A stretch of DNA of 64,000 nt from Mobula hypostoma. Its lineage: Eukaryota. Location of the stretch: contig NC_086109.1 in the NCBI RefSeq assembly GCF_963921235.1, positions 7,876,001-7,940,000 of the forward strand, in the 5' to 3' direction. Under the pieces are notes generated by a model. The model had not been told where the DNA came from. It searched no databases and saw nothing but the letters and a program-made list of their open reading frames with translations. Both the position numbers and the translations under genes were made by a program. Position 1 is the stretch's first letter. Each line of letters opens with the position of its first letter. Positions 25,253 through 38,930 of the stretch are shown here, one piece after another.

Positions 25253-25685
25253 TAGACTCCTCTAACTTCCATTAATGCCCCTCCTCCCCTTCTTAACCCA
25301 TCCCTTATCTATTTATTTTTTCCCTTTCTTTCTCTCTCTCTTTTTTCTCCCTCTGTCCTTCTCACTATAACCCCTTGCCTGCTCTCCATCTTCCTCCGGG
25401 CTCCCCTCCCCCTTTCTTTCTCCCTAGGTCTCCCGTCCCATGATCCTCCCCCTTCTCCAGCCTTGTATCCCTTTTGCCAATTAACTTTCCAGCTCTCGGC
25501 TCCATCCCTGCCCCTCCTGTCTTCTCCTATCATTTCGGATCTCCCCTTTCCCCTACCATTTTCAAATCTCTTACTATCTCTTCTTTCAGTTAGTCCTGAC
25601 GAAGGGTCTCGGCCTGAAACGTCGACTGTACCTCTTCCTAGAGAAGCTGCCTGGCCTGCTGCGTTCCACCAGCATTTTGTGTGTG
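25253..25685 (+). mobile_element. Solo PLE pLTR with TSD
   Basis: TSD TTCCCAGAAG at 25243-25252 and 25686-25695; highly similar to 61085-61505. Confidence 0.9.
25592..25627 (+). ncRNA. Minimal hammerhead ribozyme, intact core
   Basis: AGTC-CTGACGA-AGGGT(CTCG)GCCT-GAAA-CGTC-GACT. Confidence 0.85.
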
Positions 25686-27543
25686 TTCCCAGAAGCAGGA
25701 AGCTTTATTCTGTAAAGGTGTGGATCACAACATCACACGCAGAGATCTGATGTAATGTTGACACCAGAAGCAAAGGCTGTCCCATGGCCACCCACCCAAC
25801 ACATATTCGAACTGCCCTGGTCACATTTCACTCTACCTTTCAATGTTTTGATGTACATGTGACAAATAAAGATTATCTTTATCTTTAATTTTAATCTTTA
25901 ATAATGTCTCAAGGACTAGAGGGCACAGCCTTTGAACAGAAGGCCATCCGTTTAGAACAGATGAGGGGAGGAATTTCTTTAGCCAGAGGCTGGCAAATCT
26001 GTGAAATTCATTGCTATGGATGGCTGTGGAGGCCAAGTCATAGTCATAGTCATAGTCATAGTCATAGTTATAGTCATACTTTATTGATCCCGGGGGAAAT
26101 TGGTTTTCGTTACAGTTGCACCATAAATAATAAATAGTAATAAAACCATAAATAGTTGAATAGAAATATGTAAATTATGCCAGTAAATTATGAAATAAGT
26201 CCAGGACCAGCCTATTGGCTCAGGGTGTCTGACCCTCCAAGGGAGGAGTTGTAAAGTTTGATGGCCAGTGGGCATAGTTAAAGCAGAGGTTGATCAGGTC
26301 TTGATTTGTAAGGGCATCAAAGGTTACCGGGAGAAGACAGGAGAATGGGGTTGAGAGGGATAATAAATCAGCCATGATGGAATGGCGGAGCAGACTCGAT
26401 GGGCTGCATGGCCTAATTCTGCTCCTGTTTCTTCTGGTCACAGAGATACAACACAGCAACAAACCCTTCAATCTATCAGCCCATCAACTATCCACCATCC
26501 ACTTACATTAACTCTTCAACTGTGGATCCGAGGCTTAGATATGTGCCTCCCTGTCCCTGTCCCTGAACTAACTCTCCTCTCTGTCCCCAGAACCATCCCG
26601 ACAAACCTAAAAAATAACAAAATATAACTAAATCTGAGCTGCGACCTCAATAGAGACCTTGATTCTTGATTTGTGGCTCAATCTGTCTGTCATCCTTCAC
26701 CCCTCCTCTATCCATCAATCACCTCTGGCCCCTGCATCACCACTCCCCCTCTCTTCCTTGTACAAGTCATCTTCCCTCACCTCTCTGAGTCCTGAGGTAA
26801 GGTTTTAACCAGCATTGTGCAAAGCATCTTCAACAGCATATAGCAGGGGTACCTAAGACTGCTGCACAGTACAGAGTTTGACAACGTGGAGCAGAGAGCG
26901 AGTTGGTATATCTGGTGGTGGAGTGCCTCGGGAGGGGTTTGGGACAGGTGGCAGAGGAGTGCCAGGATGGGGGATGAGAGGGGGTGCAAACACACCCAGC
27001 CGTGAGTTGCCTGGCAAGGTCATTTTTAATTCCAAACAATAGGTTTATATATGTCTTGCTGGTGCTTCCCGCTCCCTCCCCTCTCCCTTCAATTTTTCCC
27101 AGCCATGATTCCCCTCTTCCTGCCCCCTTCCCACTCTCAGTCCTCAGTAGAAACCCATATCAGAAACAGGTTTATCATCACTCACATGTCATGAAATTTG
27201 TTTTTTTTTGTGGCAGCAGTTCAGTGCAATACAGAAAATTACTACAGTACTGTGCAAAAGCATTAGGCACCTCAGCTATATATATGTAGCTGGGGTGCAA
27301 AAGTCTTAGTCTCATATATATATATGAGACTAAGACTTTTGCACAGTACAGAAAAACTTCAATAGTTCCTTTTCCCCCATAAATGCTGCTCGACCTGCTG
27401 AGTTTCTCCAGCAGATTGTTGGTTCCTGCAGCTTCCTGCTTCTACGGTCACTTGTGTGTTCAGGAACAGCTTCTTCCCCTCTGCCATCCGATTTCCGAAT
27501 GGACGTTAAACACACTACTTTTGCTTTGCACTACTACTCATCT

Positions 27544-27856
27544 GGGCACGTGGCCAAGTGGTTAAGACATTGGACTAGCAATCTGAAGGTCGTGTGTTCG
27601 AGCCCCAGCCGAGGCAGCGTGTTGTGTCCTTGAGCAAGGCACTTAATCACACATTGCTCTGTGACGACACCGGTGTCTAGCTGTATCGGCCCTTGCCCTT
27701 CCCTTGGACAACATCGGTGTCGTGGAGGGGGGAGACTTGCTGCATGGACAACTGCCGGTCTTCCATACAACCTTGCCCAGGCCTGCGCCCTGAAGTGAAG
27801 TGAAGACTTTCCAGGCACAGATCCACGGTCTTGCAAGAGTAACGGATGCCTTTACT
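27544..27856 (+). mobile_element. tRNA-derived SINE
   Basis: A box TGGCCAAGTGG 27551-27561, B box GTTCGAGCC 27596-27604; second copy at 52828-53123. Confidence 0.85.
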
Positions 27857-28280
27857 TACTTATTTATTTTAACAATTTAATATATACATACTTACTGTAA
27901 TTCACAGTTTTTTCCCTCTATTATTATGTATTGCGTTGTACTGTTGCCTTAAGGACAACAAATTTCACAACGTAAGCCGATGATATTAAACCTGATTGTG
28001 ATTCTGGAGAGTCTGTGAAACTGTGACTGCAAGTCAAACAGCGGGAGCTTATTCCAGGTGATGTGAAGGGCAGGTACTGGTCTAACAATGTTTCAATTAT
28101 GTTCAACATTCGATCGTTTCGCCACACTGAGCTCCAATCCTGTGGTGAGGTTGATAGTTTCTGGGTTTCAGTTGTTCCAGCTCCTGACCACTGCCTCTGA
28201 CACCATGCTGTCTGTGAAATGACTGGACGCTTTTGGGGCTTGAGCAGATACTTCAAAACGCAGCTTGATGCTTCTTTGGA

Positions 28281-28282
<2 letters not shown>

Positions 28283-28330
<48 letters not shown>

Positions 28331-28341
28331 ACACACACACA

Positions 28342-28386
<45 letters not shown>

Positions 28387-28569
28387 GCACGCACACACAC
28401 ACACACACTCACACTCACACACACACACACACACTCACACACACACTCACACTCACACACACACACGCGCGCGCGCGCACACACACACACTCACACACAC
28501 ACACACTCACACTCACACACACACACACACACACTCACACACACACACACACACACGCGCACACACACA

Positions 28570-28623
<54 letters not shown>

Positions 28624-28635
28624 CACACACACACA
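28283..28635. repeat. Long interrupted (CA)n microsatellite, ~350 bp
   Basis: CA run with CT and CG interruptions, contiguous with the ACACACA end of a pLTR. Confidence 0.98.
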
Positions 28636-29200
28636 AGAAGCTGGAGGAACTCAGCAGGCCCGGCAACATCTATGGAAATGGAAATGAATAAACAGTTGAC
28701 TTTTCAGGGCGAAACCCTTTTTCAGGACTGGGAAGGAAGGGGGAAGATCCCAGAGTAAAAAGGTGGCGGGGGGGAGGTGAGGAAGGAGGAGAGCTAGAAG
28801 GTGACAGGTGAAGCCAGGTGGGTAGGAAAGGTAAAAGAGTTGGAGAGGAAGGAATCTGATCGGAGAGGAGAGTGGACCATAGGAGAAAGGGAAGGAGGAG
28901 GGGCACCAGGAGGAGGTGAAAGGGAGGAGGCCAGAGGGGGGAATAGAAGAAGATGGAAAGTGGAGGGAAAAAATTTACCGGAAGGAGAAATTGATATTCA
29001 TGCCATCTGGTTGGAGGTTACCCAGACGGAACACAAGATGTTGCTCCTCCACCCTGAGGGTGGCCTCATCTTGGCACAAGAGGAAGCCATGGACCAACAT
29101 GTCGGAACAGGAACGGGAATTGAAATTAAAATGTTTGGCCACCTGGAAGTTCCACTTTTGGCAAATGGAGAGGAGGTGCTTAATGAAGCAGTCCCCCAAT
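28625..29200 (-). mobile_element. PLE 3' fragment (GIY-YIG C-terminus + pLTR)
   Basis: VAKHFNFNSRSCSDMLVHG..EEQHLVFRLGNLQPDGMN. Confidence 0.88.
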
Positions 29201-30564
29201 TTATGATTTCTTTGTGTAACACAATAGATAGCAAGGAAAACATAGTCCAACATGTGCCTCCAACTCAGGGGCCAACTTTTTAAAATGAACTTGTATGGAA
29301 TTGACCAAATGTAATCCAATGCAGTTCTATTCAATGCTTAGTTTAGGGCAAAGAGGCGATAGTGCCAATGAGTAAGGTCAAGTCCAAGTCAAAGTAAAGT
29401 TATTGTCAATGAACGTAAATGTCGCCATACACTGCCTTGAGATTCATCTTCTTGCAGGCATTTACAGGAAAATGAAGAAATACGATAGAATTTATGAAAT
29501 TTCTGCACACAAAGACTGACAAACAACCAACGTACAAAAGAAAAGTAACTGCAAACAAATTTAAAAATAAATAAATAAATAGATAAATGGATAGATAGAT
29601 AAATAAATAGATGAATAAATATTTAAACAGACAGATAGACAGATAAACCAACAAGCAAGTCAATACAATGAGTTCTAGAGTCCGTGAAATTGAGTCCATA
29701 GGTTGTGGAATTAGTTCAGTGTTGGGGTGAGTGAAGTTATCCACTCTGGTTCAGGAACCTGATGGTTGAAGGGATTCCTGAACGTGGTGGTGTGGGACCT
29801 AAGGCTCCTGTCCCTCCTGCCTGCTGGGCATTGTAAGAGAGCACGGCCTGGATGGAGGGGGATCCTTGAGGAAAGATGCTTCTTTCTTGTGGCCGCGCTC
29901 CTTGTCGATGTGCTCTGTTGATGAAAGCTGATAAGAAAATTGAACAAAGGGAAATTGAGGGAGAGAGAATCCAGCCAAATTCACAATATTATTCAGCACT
30001 GGACACCAGCTTTGAGCAATGGACATGTACTGTGGCCTGCTGGCTCTAAGCTACCTGATGTTTCATATTTTGTACATGATTGCTGCGAGCTCTTGTGTTT
30101 ATCCTGCCATTCAATTCCTTTAATGCTACCCTATCAAGCAAACACAATAAATCCAGGCCATTAAATGCTGCACAAGAACAATTCAAACTCAGACTGACAA
30201 ACGTTCACAACTTGAAGCTTCAGCTAAAGACTAAATATTAAAGATTATCATTATTAGTCACATGTACTTCAAAATGGCAAAGCGTACAGTAAAATGTGTC
30301 ATTTGTATCAACAACAATACAGTCCAAGGATATGCTGAGGGCTGTTACCATGGTTCTGGCGTCAACGTAGCCTGGCCACAGTTTACTAGCCCTAACCAGT
30401 ATGGTCTTGGTAATGTGGGAAGAACCTGGAGCACGCGGAGGAAATCGATGCAGCTATGGGAAGAACATACAAACTTCTTACAGGCAGTGATGAGCATTGA
30501 ACCCCCATTTGCTGATGCTGTAAAGTGTTGTGCTAACCGCTACGCTACCTGGTTCTTTCTTTGG

Positions 30565-30910
30565 CGTGTGAGTGCGTATTGTGTATGTACGTACGTGTGT
30601 GCGTCGTGTATACGCACACGCAGATGGTGTGTACGTGCGTGTGTACGTAAGTGCACTTGCGTGCATGTAGGATCCTGAGAGAGGGGGAAGAGTCTGTGTG
30701 TGAGTGAGAGAGAGAGAGAGAATCAGAGAGAGCGAGTGAGTGTGTGTGCGTGTGTGCTTGTGAGAGAGACAGAAGTGAGAAAGAGAGGGAGAGAGAGAAG
30801 AGAGTGAGTGAGTGAGTGAGTGTGATGGAGTGAGAGAGAGAAGCCAGCGTGTATGAGTAAGAGAAAGAGGGGGAGTGCGTGAGAGAGAGGGAGTGTGTGT
30901 GAGAGAGAGA
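30565..30910. repeat. Degenerate GT/GA microsatellite
   Basis: Direct inspection. Confidence 0.9.
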
Positions 30911-31734
30911 GGAGGATGAAACAACATCTCTATAAGAAACCCTGAGACATCAATTATTCAATATATTAAGTCAAGACTCTAAATGTTTGTGTTCATAGTT
31001 TGAACACATTTTTGGCAGATGCTGCTACTCCTGATTTTTGACTTCTGTCATGGGATTCATTAGTCATTTGAGTGAAGTGGAAGTGTGTGCTTCATTCCTT
31101 TCAAATAATATTAACTTCCTCTGTAAAAATGCAGGCAAATTGGCTGCGAAATACCATTCTTGCAGAAGTATTCACAGTTAGTGGGTTGCCTATCCCTTAG
31201 GAAGGCTCAGGGAAAAATTCCACTTGGTTGTTTTTGATAAATGAGCGGTTTTGTGTCAATCACCTAAAGAAAGGAAGGAACATCGAACAGTACAGCACGG
31301 TACAGGCCATGTTGTGCTGGCCTTTCAATCTTCTCTAAGATCCATCTAACCCTTCCCTCCCGTACCCCTCCATTTTTCTTTTATCCACATGCCTACCTCA
31401 GAGCCTCTTAAATGGTCTGGATGTATCTGCCCCTCCCACTGCCTCTGGCAGGGCATTTCATCATGCACCGTCCACTCTCTGTGTAAAAGACTTTCTACCC
31501 ACATCCCTCCCTATACTTTCCTCCCAACACCTTACAATTATGCCCCCCCCAACCTGGTTTTAGCTTCCTCTGCCCTGAGGAATAAGTCTCTGGATATCCT
31601 CTGAAACTATGCTTCCTATCACCTTGTGCACCTCCATCAAGTTGCCTCTCTTCCTCCTTCGCCCACTCAAAAGCCCTAGCTCACTCAAACTTCCCTCATA
31701 ATACACGCCCTCTAAAGCAGGCAGCATCCTGGTA

Positions 31735-32250
31735 ACACAAGGAAGCTGGCAGACGCCGGAAATCCGAAGCGACACAGGCAAAGTGCCGGAGAAACTCAGC
31801 AGGTCAGTCAGCATCGACGGGAATGAATAAACAGTCGAGGTATCAGGCCAAGACCCTTCATCAGGACTGAAAAGGAAGGGGGAAGGTGCCAAAATAAAAA
31901 GCTGGTGGGAGGGGAAGGAGGCCAGCTAGGAGAGGTGAAGCCAGGCGGTTGGGAAAGATGAAGGGCTGAAGAAGAAAGAACCTGATAGGAGAGGAAAGTG
32001 GACCATTGGAGAAAGGGACCCAGGGGAAAGAGATAGGCAGGTGAGAAGAGATAAGAGACCAAAGAAGCAATGAGGGGAGGAATTTTTTTTCCCAGAAGGA
32101 GAAATCAATTTATATTCCATCAGGTTGGAGGCTACCCAGATGGAATATAAGGTGTTCCTCCTCCACCCTGAGGGTGGTCTCATCTTGGACCAAGAGGACA
32201 TGGACCGACATGTCGAAATAGAAATGGGAATCAGAAGTAAAATGTTTGGT
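31735..32250 (-). mobile_element. PLE 3' fragment + pLTR
   Basis: ETTLRVEEEHLIFHLGSLQPDG; degenerate hammerhead near 31832-31870. Confidence 0.85.
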
Positions 32251-32884
32251 CTGGTAAATCTCCCCCGCACCCTCTCTAAAGCTTTCACACCCTGAGGCAA
32301 CCAGAAGCGAACTCAATACTCCAAGTATAGTCTAACCAGGATTTTACAGAGCTGCAAAGTGAATTCATGGCTCTTGACCTTAATCCCGCAGCTAATGAAG
32401 GCTGACACACCATATGCATTCTTAACCACCCTATCGACTTGCCAAACAACTTTTAAAGTTTAAGAGCATCTACCAGCTGGCTGGATGACATTTCATATCC
32501 CTCTGTTGTCAGATTCCTGAACAGACCTCTTGTTTGTTTTTGGTTCTGGTATTGGTATTGGTTTATTGTTGTCACATGTACCAAGTCAGAGTGAAAAGCT
32601 TGATACGCAGACTGTTCATACAGGTTCAAATCATTACACAGGGCACTGCGGCAGAACCAGGTACTGTGGAACAACAACAATGCAGAATAAAGTGTAAATG
32701 GGCAAAAATGGGCACTGTAGGTTAACAATAAGGTGCAAGATCATAACAAGGTTGATTGTGAGGACAAGAGTCCATCTTATTGTACAATAGGTCCATTCAG
32801 GGGTCTGATAACAGTGGGGTAGATAGGGCCTGGTGGTACAAATAATGAACTCTTGATCTATTGATCTATCTCGATCTAGCCGGG

Positions 32885-33350
32885 AACACAGATGACTGGA
32901 GAGGTTAATCAATGCTCGAAAAGTTCTTTGGCAGTGTTGGCAAAACATGGCAGCCACACTGGGTTGAGGGGGCGGGGTCGCTGGCTTGGGCTTCCACAGC
33001 TGCTATTGTCCCTTCAGCCTCGTGTGTCACTGCCCCCTTGTGGAGGGAGGACCGCCACTCAACCCGGTCCTGGGTATTATGTTCCCACGTGCCTGGGTTG
33101 ATGCCAAAGGCTTTTAGTGAAGTTCTCGGGGTGTCTTCGTAGCGTTTCCTTTGCCCTCCACGGGAATGCTTTCCTTTCTGTAGTTCAACATAAAGCAGTC
33201 TCCTGGGCGGCCGATGGTTTGGCATACAAGCTACGTGGCCTGCTTAGCGTGGCCGGGGCTGTGTCAGGACGGTGCAAGTACAGGGCAGGACCACCTTGGT
33301 AATTACTTCAGCCTGAGGGATTCTGTCTTGCCACTTCATGCTGCGGAGCT
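32885..33350 (-). mobile_element. RTE-BovB-like LINE 3' fragment
   Basis: MPNHRPPRRLLYVELQKGKHSRGGQRKRYED; CQHCQRTFRALINLSSHL. Confidence 0.85.
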
Positions 33351-34193
33351 CTCTGAGTCACACTTTATGGAAATGGAAAATCCCTTCTACTACCTTGGTC
33401 TATTTATGTAGGGATCTGTCTAGGTGGTGTGCAAACAAAAGCTTTTCACTGTATCTCGCTACATGCGACAATGATAAACCAGTTACAATTTACCATTGAG
33501 TCAGAATAGGGAAAGAAGGAAGAAGATCTTCCACCCACGGAAGGGAAGCCCCCCTACCTGACTCAGTCTTTCCTCAGAAGCTGCTGTTCCGCTGTCCCAG
33601 CCGCAGCTACCTCCATACGCAGAGTAGGATCCCACAGAGTGCTCGACCAGGAGGTGTAGGAGCAGAATTAGGCTATTTCGCCCATCAAGCCTTCTCCAGC
33701 AGTCCACCCTGGCTGGTTTATTTACCGTCTCCACCCCATTATCCCGCCTTCTCCCCGTAACCTTTGGCGCCCTTACTCATTAAGAAACTGTCAATCTGTG
33801 CTTTAAGTATATTCAATGTCTTGGCCTCCATGGCTGTCGGTGGTAATAAATTCCACAGATTCACCACCCTCTGCATAAAGAAATTCCTCCTCATCTCTGT
33901 TCTTTCTATCCTGAGGCTGTGCCCTCTGGTCCGAGACTGTCCCACTAATGGAAGCATCCTCTCCACACTTACACTGTCTAGGCCTTTCAATATTCAGTAG
34001 GTTTCAATGAAATCCCCCCTCATTCTTCCAAACTGCAATGGGTTCACGCCCAGAGTTCGGTGTTCAATTGCACAGAGTAGTACCGCTCGTATTCATCTTA
34101 AACAGATGAGGCTTAGTGAAGCTTTGATAGAGTGTCCCTGATAAATTACAACAGGCCACCTCGCTGCTATTCGCAAGTAGCAGTATCAATCTA

Positions 34194-34726
34194 CACTCTG
34201 TGGCCACGTCATTAGGTACAGGGTTCACCTGATAAATTGGCCACTGATTGTACGTCCATGATCTGCTGCTGTAGCGCATCAACTTCAATGTTCGATGTGC
34301 TGTGCGTTCAGAGATGCTCTTCTGCACACTATTGTTGTAATGCGTGGTTACCTGAGTTACTGTCACCTTGCTTTCAGCTTGAACCAGTCTGGCCATTCTC
34401 CTCTGACCTCTATCAATAACAAGGTGTTTTCACCCACAGAACTGCTGCTCACTAGTTTATCGCATGCTCTGTAAACTCTGATGACTGGTGTGAGTGAAAA
34501 TCCCAGGAGATCAGCAGCTTCTGAGATACTCAAACCACCCCATCTGGCACCAACAATCATTCCACAGTCAAAGTCACTCAGATTTCATTTCTTCCTCATT
34601 CTGGTGTTTGGTTTGAACATCAACTAAACCTCTTGACCATGTCTGTATCGAGATGCTGCCTCATGATTAGATATTTGCAATAACGAGCAGGAGCATAGGC
34701 CTACCTCACAAAGTGGCCACTGAGTG
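34194..34726 (-). mobile_element. Internally deleted Tc1-family DNA transposon
   Basis: TIRs TA|CACTCTGTGGCCAC and GTGGCCACTGAGTG; HTH remnants MIVGARWGGLSISEAADLLGFS and MARLVQA..SISERTAHRTL. Confidence 0.88.
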
Positions 34727-35137
34727 CCCTGAAATACTGTTCCTGTTCACAGACTGTCAGGAGTTCAAATCAGAACAAATCTGATGGGCTTCCTCCCCCT
34801 TCCTTTCCGGTCCTGATGTTCATACATTTCCACAGATGCTGTCTGACCTACTGAGTTCCTCCAGCATTTTGTGTGTGTTTTGCTTCGAGCAGACACCAGT
34901 CACCAAAGTGCCTGTGAGTTCCTGTGCTTCACATTTTTATCAAAGCATAGCAGGAGGCCATTCAGCACAGAGTTTATGCTAGCTTTGAGATCAGTCTGTC
35001 CAGTGCTTCTATCCTCCTTACTTCCTCAGAACCTGTTCTCCTCACATCCCCACAGATTTTACCACCAATTACACAAGATTATAGGGGCAATTTGTCTTTT
35101 TCAAAGTACATTTATCATCAAAGTATGTATATTATAT

Positions 35138-35560
35138 ACATCATCATCATCATTATGGTCGTGTCGTATGACATCATCATTATGTGCCATATCATATGAC
35201 ATCATCATTATGTGCTGTGTCGTATGACGTGGGTGATCATGGTCTCATGACCACCATTGTCCTTAGCAAATTTTTCTACAGAAGTGGTTTGCCATCGCCT
35301 TCTTCTGGGCAGTGTCTTTACAAGATGGGTGACCCCAGTCATTATCAATACTCTTCAGAGATTGTCTGCCTGGTGTCAGTGGTCGCATAACCAGGACTTG
35401 TGACTTGCACCAGCTGATCATACGACCACCTGCTCTCATAGCTTCACATGACCCTGATCGGGGGCTAAGCAGGTGCTACACCTTGCCCAAGGGTGACCTG
35501 CAGGCTAGCGGAGCGAAGGAGCACCTTACACTTCTTTTGCTAGAAACATATCTCCACCCC
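35138..35560 (-). mobile_element. RTE/BovB-related SINE with a triplicated ~29-bp terminal unit
   Basis: GAAGGCGATGGCAAACCACT on minus; (ATG)n tail; CATCATCATTATG..GTATGAC-like unit x3 at 35138-35228. Confidence 0.65.
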
Positions 35561-36054
35561 ACCACCCAATACCACAGATAACCAAGAGATTCATCTTCTT
35601 GCAGAAAACAAAGAAACACAATAGAACCCATTAAGGAAAACACACAGCAAAGACTGTCAATGAGTGGAAAAGGAACAAATTGTGTAAGCGTTAAAAAAAA
35701 GTATGCAAATAACACAGAACGTGAACTGCAGGGCCTCTGAAAGTGGGTCAACAGTCACAGAGTCAGTTCTGTGCTAAGATGAACGCCAACCACTACAGGC
35801 CACGGCTTCAGAATCAGTTCAGCACTCAAACAAGTAAACCTCAGTGAGTAGTGAGCTGAACCCTAGTTTGTCCTTCACCTTCGACCTTGACACCTTGACG
35901 GTTTTTATTCTGGCTCGGTGCTTATATCAGTTAAACATTGGTTCACTTTCCACTCACAAGTCAGAACGTCACCGCGTCAATCTAGACCAAAGTCCACTCC
36001 TACAATCATCGCCATGGCCATACCTGCATTCTCATGAGCCCAGTCCCATGTCAA

Positions 36055-36690
36055 TATCTCTGAGGACCTAACCTAGCCCCAACATATTGATGCAACCATA
36101 AAGAAGGCAAAACAGGTGCTATACTTCATTAGGAGTTTGAGGAGATCTGGTATGTCACCAAAAGCACTCCCAAATTTCTAGAGATGTACAGTGGAGAGCA
36201 TTCTAACAGAGTTGCTTCACCATCTGGTTTTGTGGAGGGAGGGACTACCGCACAGAGTTGAAGTAAGCTGCAGAAAGATCCATTGTGGGCACTATCCTCC
36301 GTAGTATCCAAGACATCTTTAAGGAGCAATGACTCAAAAAGGCAGCATCCATCATTAAAGACCCCCATCACCCAGGTCAAGCCCTCTTCTCATTGCTACC
36401 ATCAGGAAAGAGGTACAGAAGCCTGAAGGCACACACTCAACAATTCAGGAACAGTTTCTTCCCCTCTGCCATCTGATTTCTGTATGGACATTGAACCCAT
36501 GAACACTACCTCACTACTTTTTTATTTCTATTTTTTGCACTACTTACATAATTTTAATATTTTATATATAATATAAATATGAATAAATATATATACTTAC
36601 CGTAATTCACAGCTTTTTTCTCTCTGTTGTTATGTATTTTGTGATACTGCTGTTGCAAAGTTAATAAATTTCACATGCTATTCTGAGTTC
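36055..36690 (+). mobile_element. Rex1/Babar 3' fragment (other copies near 40360-40700, 43370-43970, 45791-46320, 63200-63540)
   Basis: FYRCTVESILT..IIKDPHHPG..FRNSFFPSAI. Confidence 0.85.
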
Positions 36691-37855
36691 TTCAGTACAC
36701 CGCAAAAATACCAGGTTGAGCAGACAGATTAAAAGCACTTCTCCCTAACGGAAATTACAGGCTGTGGATTGCAGAGATTGTAGTCCAGAAAAAAAGTGCA
36801 ATGAATAGAATAGTCAGAAGTTCTGTTTGCTGCCTGTAAAACGTCGCTATGTCTTGCCAGCACCGTCTTTACCGGAGATGTAGAAGGAAGCCTCAGTGCA
36901 AACCCATATAATCACAGGGAGAACATGCAAACTCCACACGGACTACACTACGTTAGTGTAGAAGTCAGTGGATCGCTTTACCGTACCAGCGATCACCGAT
37001 CAGGGTTTAATTCCCACCGCTATCTTTAGCGAGTTTGCACATTCGTCTCGTGCCTCCATGAGTTTTCTCCGGGTGCTCTGGATTCCTCCCACATTCCAAA
37101 GACATTCGGGTTAAGATTCAAGACTGTATACAAAATTATGAGAGGTATGGATAGGGTGAAGGCAACAGGATTTTTCTACAGAGGTTGGGTGGGACTACAA
37201 CTAGAGGTCATGGGTTAAGGGTGAAAGGTTTAAGGGGAGCATGAGGGGAAACTTCTTCACTTCAAGCGAGGTGAGGGTGTGCAACGAGCCTTTGGGACAA
37301 GTGGTGCATGCAAGCTCGATTTCAACGTTTAAGAGAAGTTTGGATAGGTACATGGATAGTGGGGGGTATGGAGGGCGGGTGAAGGTCAATGAGAGTAGGC
37401 AGTTTAAATGGTTTCGGCATGGACTAGATGGGCTGAAGGACCTACTTCTATGGCTCTATGAACCTATTGTTTAATGTCATTTCCAGTACAAACGTGTTTG
37501 CTCGCACATTTATCGCAAAGACGTACGAGTTAGGGTGAGTGAGTTGTGGGTATGCTATGTCAGTGTCGGAAGCACAGCAACACTTGCGGGCTGCCTCAGG
37601 CAAATTCTCGATGCTACTGGTGCACTCCACTGTATGTTTCAATGATCTGATGTACAGGTGACAAGTAAACTCTTCTTTATCATCTTCTACTGTTATATTC
37701 AAACTAAACCTGCCTTCTCTATTTTCTATTCTCCACAGTCTTCCATCAGCTCCCCCAAAATTCTATCACTTTGCCCCACATTAGGGACAATCTACAGTGG
37801 CCAATTAAAGTCAAACTCAAAGTTTATTGTTATTTATGCACAAGTACATGCATAC

Positions 37856-38795
37856 AGTTCCTCAAGGTTGTTATAGCCGGGGGCAGGGGGGTGGTAATGG
37901 GGATAAGCTCCCACTGCCCATTAAATGCTCCCAATGGTGTGTGCCTCAAATGGCCTCTGACAACCAAATCCAGCTCCTGGCCTCCACTGTGGCTGAGTTA
38001 CTAATCTTCGCTGCTGACAGGGGCAGACAGGACTCATCAGCTGTGGTTGGCAGCTCATCTAGGTGAAGGAAAACTCTGCTGCCTTGCGACTGTACCACTC
38101 GTGGGAGAAGCTTTGGGAGTGAACCCTGAGGGAGAATCTGGAGCTGGAGTCCCCGAGGCAGTCCTACATTGCTCAACGCTGACTGGCAACACTTGCGTTA
38201 CCACCGGTGCCAAACCGTATCGGCCTCTGCCGCTCCTTTGGGTTCATCGGCTGTGTGGAGAGGGGGAGCTCGCTGCATGGGCAACAGCTTGCTCTCCGTA
38301 TCGTACTGCCCGGGCTGGAATGTTAGCTTGGGTGTCACAGAGACTGCTGGGACACAAAAGGAACAGCAGAGACTGATGGCGTTTGGTACCAGCAGCATTG
38401 CAAGAGTTGCTGGTCAGTGTTGAACTCAGCGTTGTACTGCCTTAGGGACTCCAGCTCAAGATTCTTTCTTCGGGGTTTACTCCAGAAGCCTTCCCCATCA
38501 GTGGGTATAGCCACGAGGCAGTGAAGGATTGAGGTCAGAGTTTTCCTTCTCCCAGGAGAGCTGCCAACCACAAATGGCGAGCCCAAAGCAACTGGTTCTA
38601 AGGTGCCAGTAACCCACCTTTGCCCCTTCTGCTGTTAGTAGAAGCAGCTCCACTGGGCTTAGTACCTAAGCCACGTGAAGGCCAGGAGCTGGACTTGGCT
38701 GTCAGAGGCTATTTGAGATGCCATTGGGAGCATTTAGTAGGTAATGGAAGCTTATCACCACTACCACCCACCAGCTGTAACAACCTTACTGAACC
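37856..38795. mobile_element. Two RTE-related retroposons tail-to-tail forming a ~940-bp imperfect palindrome
   Basis: 37856-38000 is the reverse complement of ~38660-38795; 38045-38240 of ~38355-38570. Confidence 0.8.
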
Positions 38796-38930
38796 AGCAA
38801 TAAATAGTTATAAACTAATAAGACACAAAAATCTCAACCATGAGTGATAGCCTTAAAAGGATGAATCTTTAGGCCACTTTATTTTTCGCAATGACCTTCT
38901 GGGTTCACAAATCGGTGAGACCAGAGTTTG

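Noticed and set aside
27544..27615. tRNA gene
   Set aside because: tRNA-like head continues into a SINE body; second copy has a TSD
27924..28758. Long His/Thr and Cys/Val ORFs (also 30478-30927, 41002-41439)
   Set aside because: Translations of dinucleotide microsatellites
38630..38700. HDV-like ribozyme in the RTE-related leader (GCC-TTCACGT-GGC on minus, CAGCTCC/GGAGCTG pairing)
   Set aside because: Could not build P1, P1.1 or the catalytic J4/2; a competing GGCTTAG/CTAAGCC hairpin exists; needs a descriptor search
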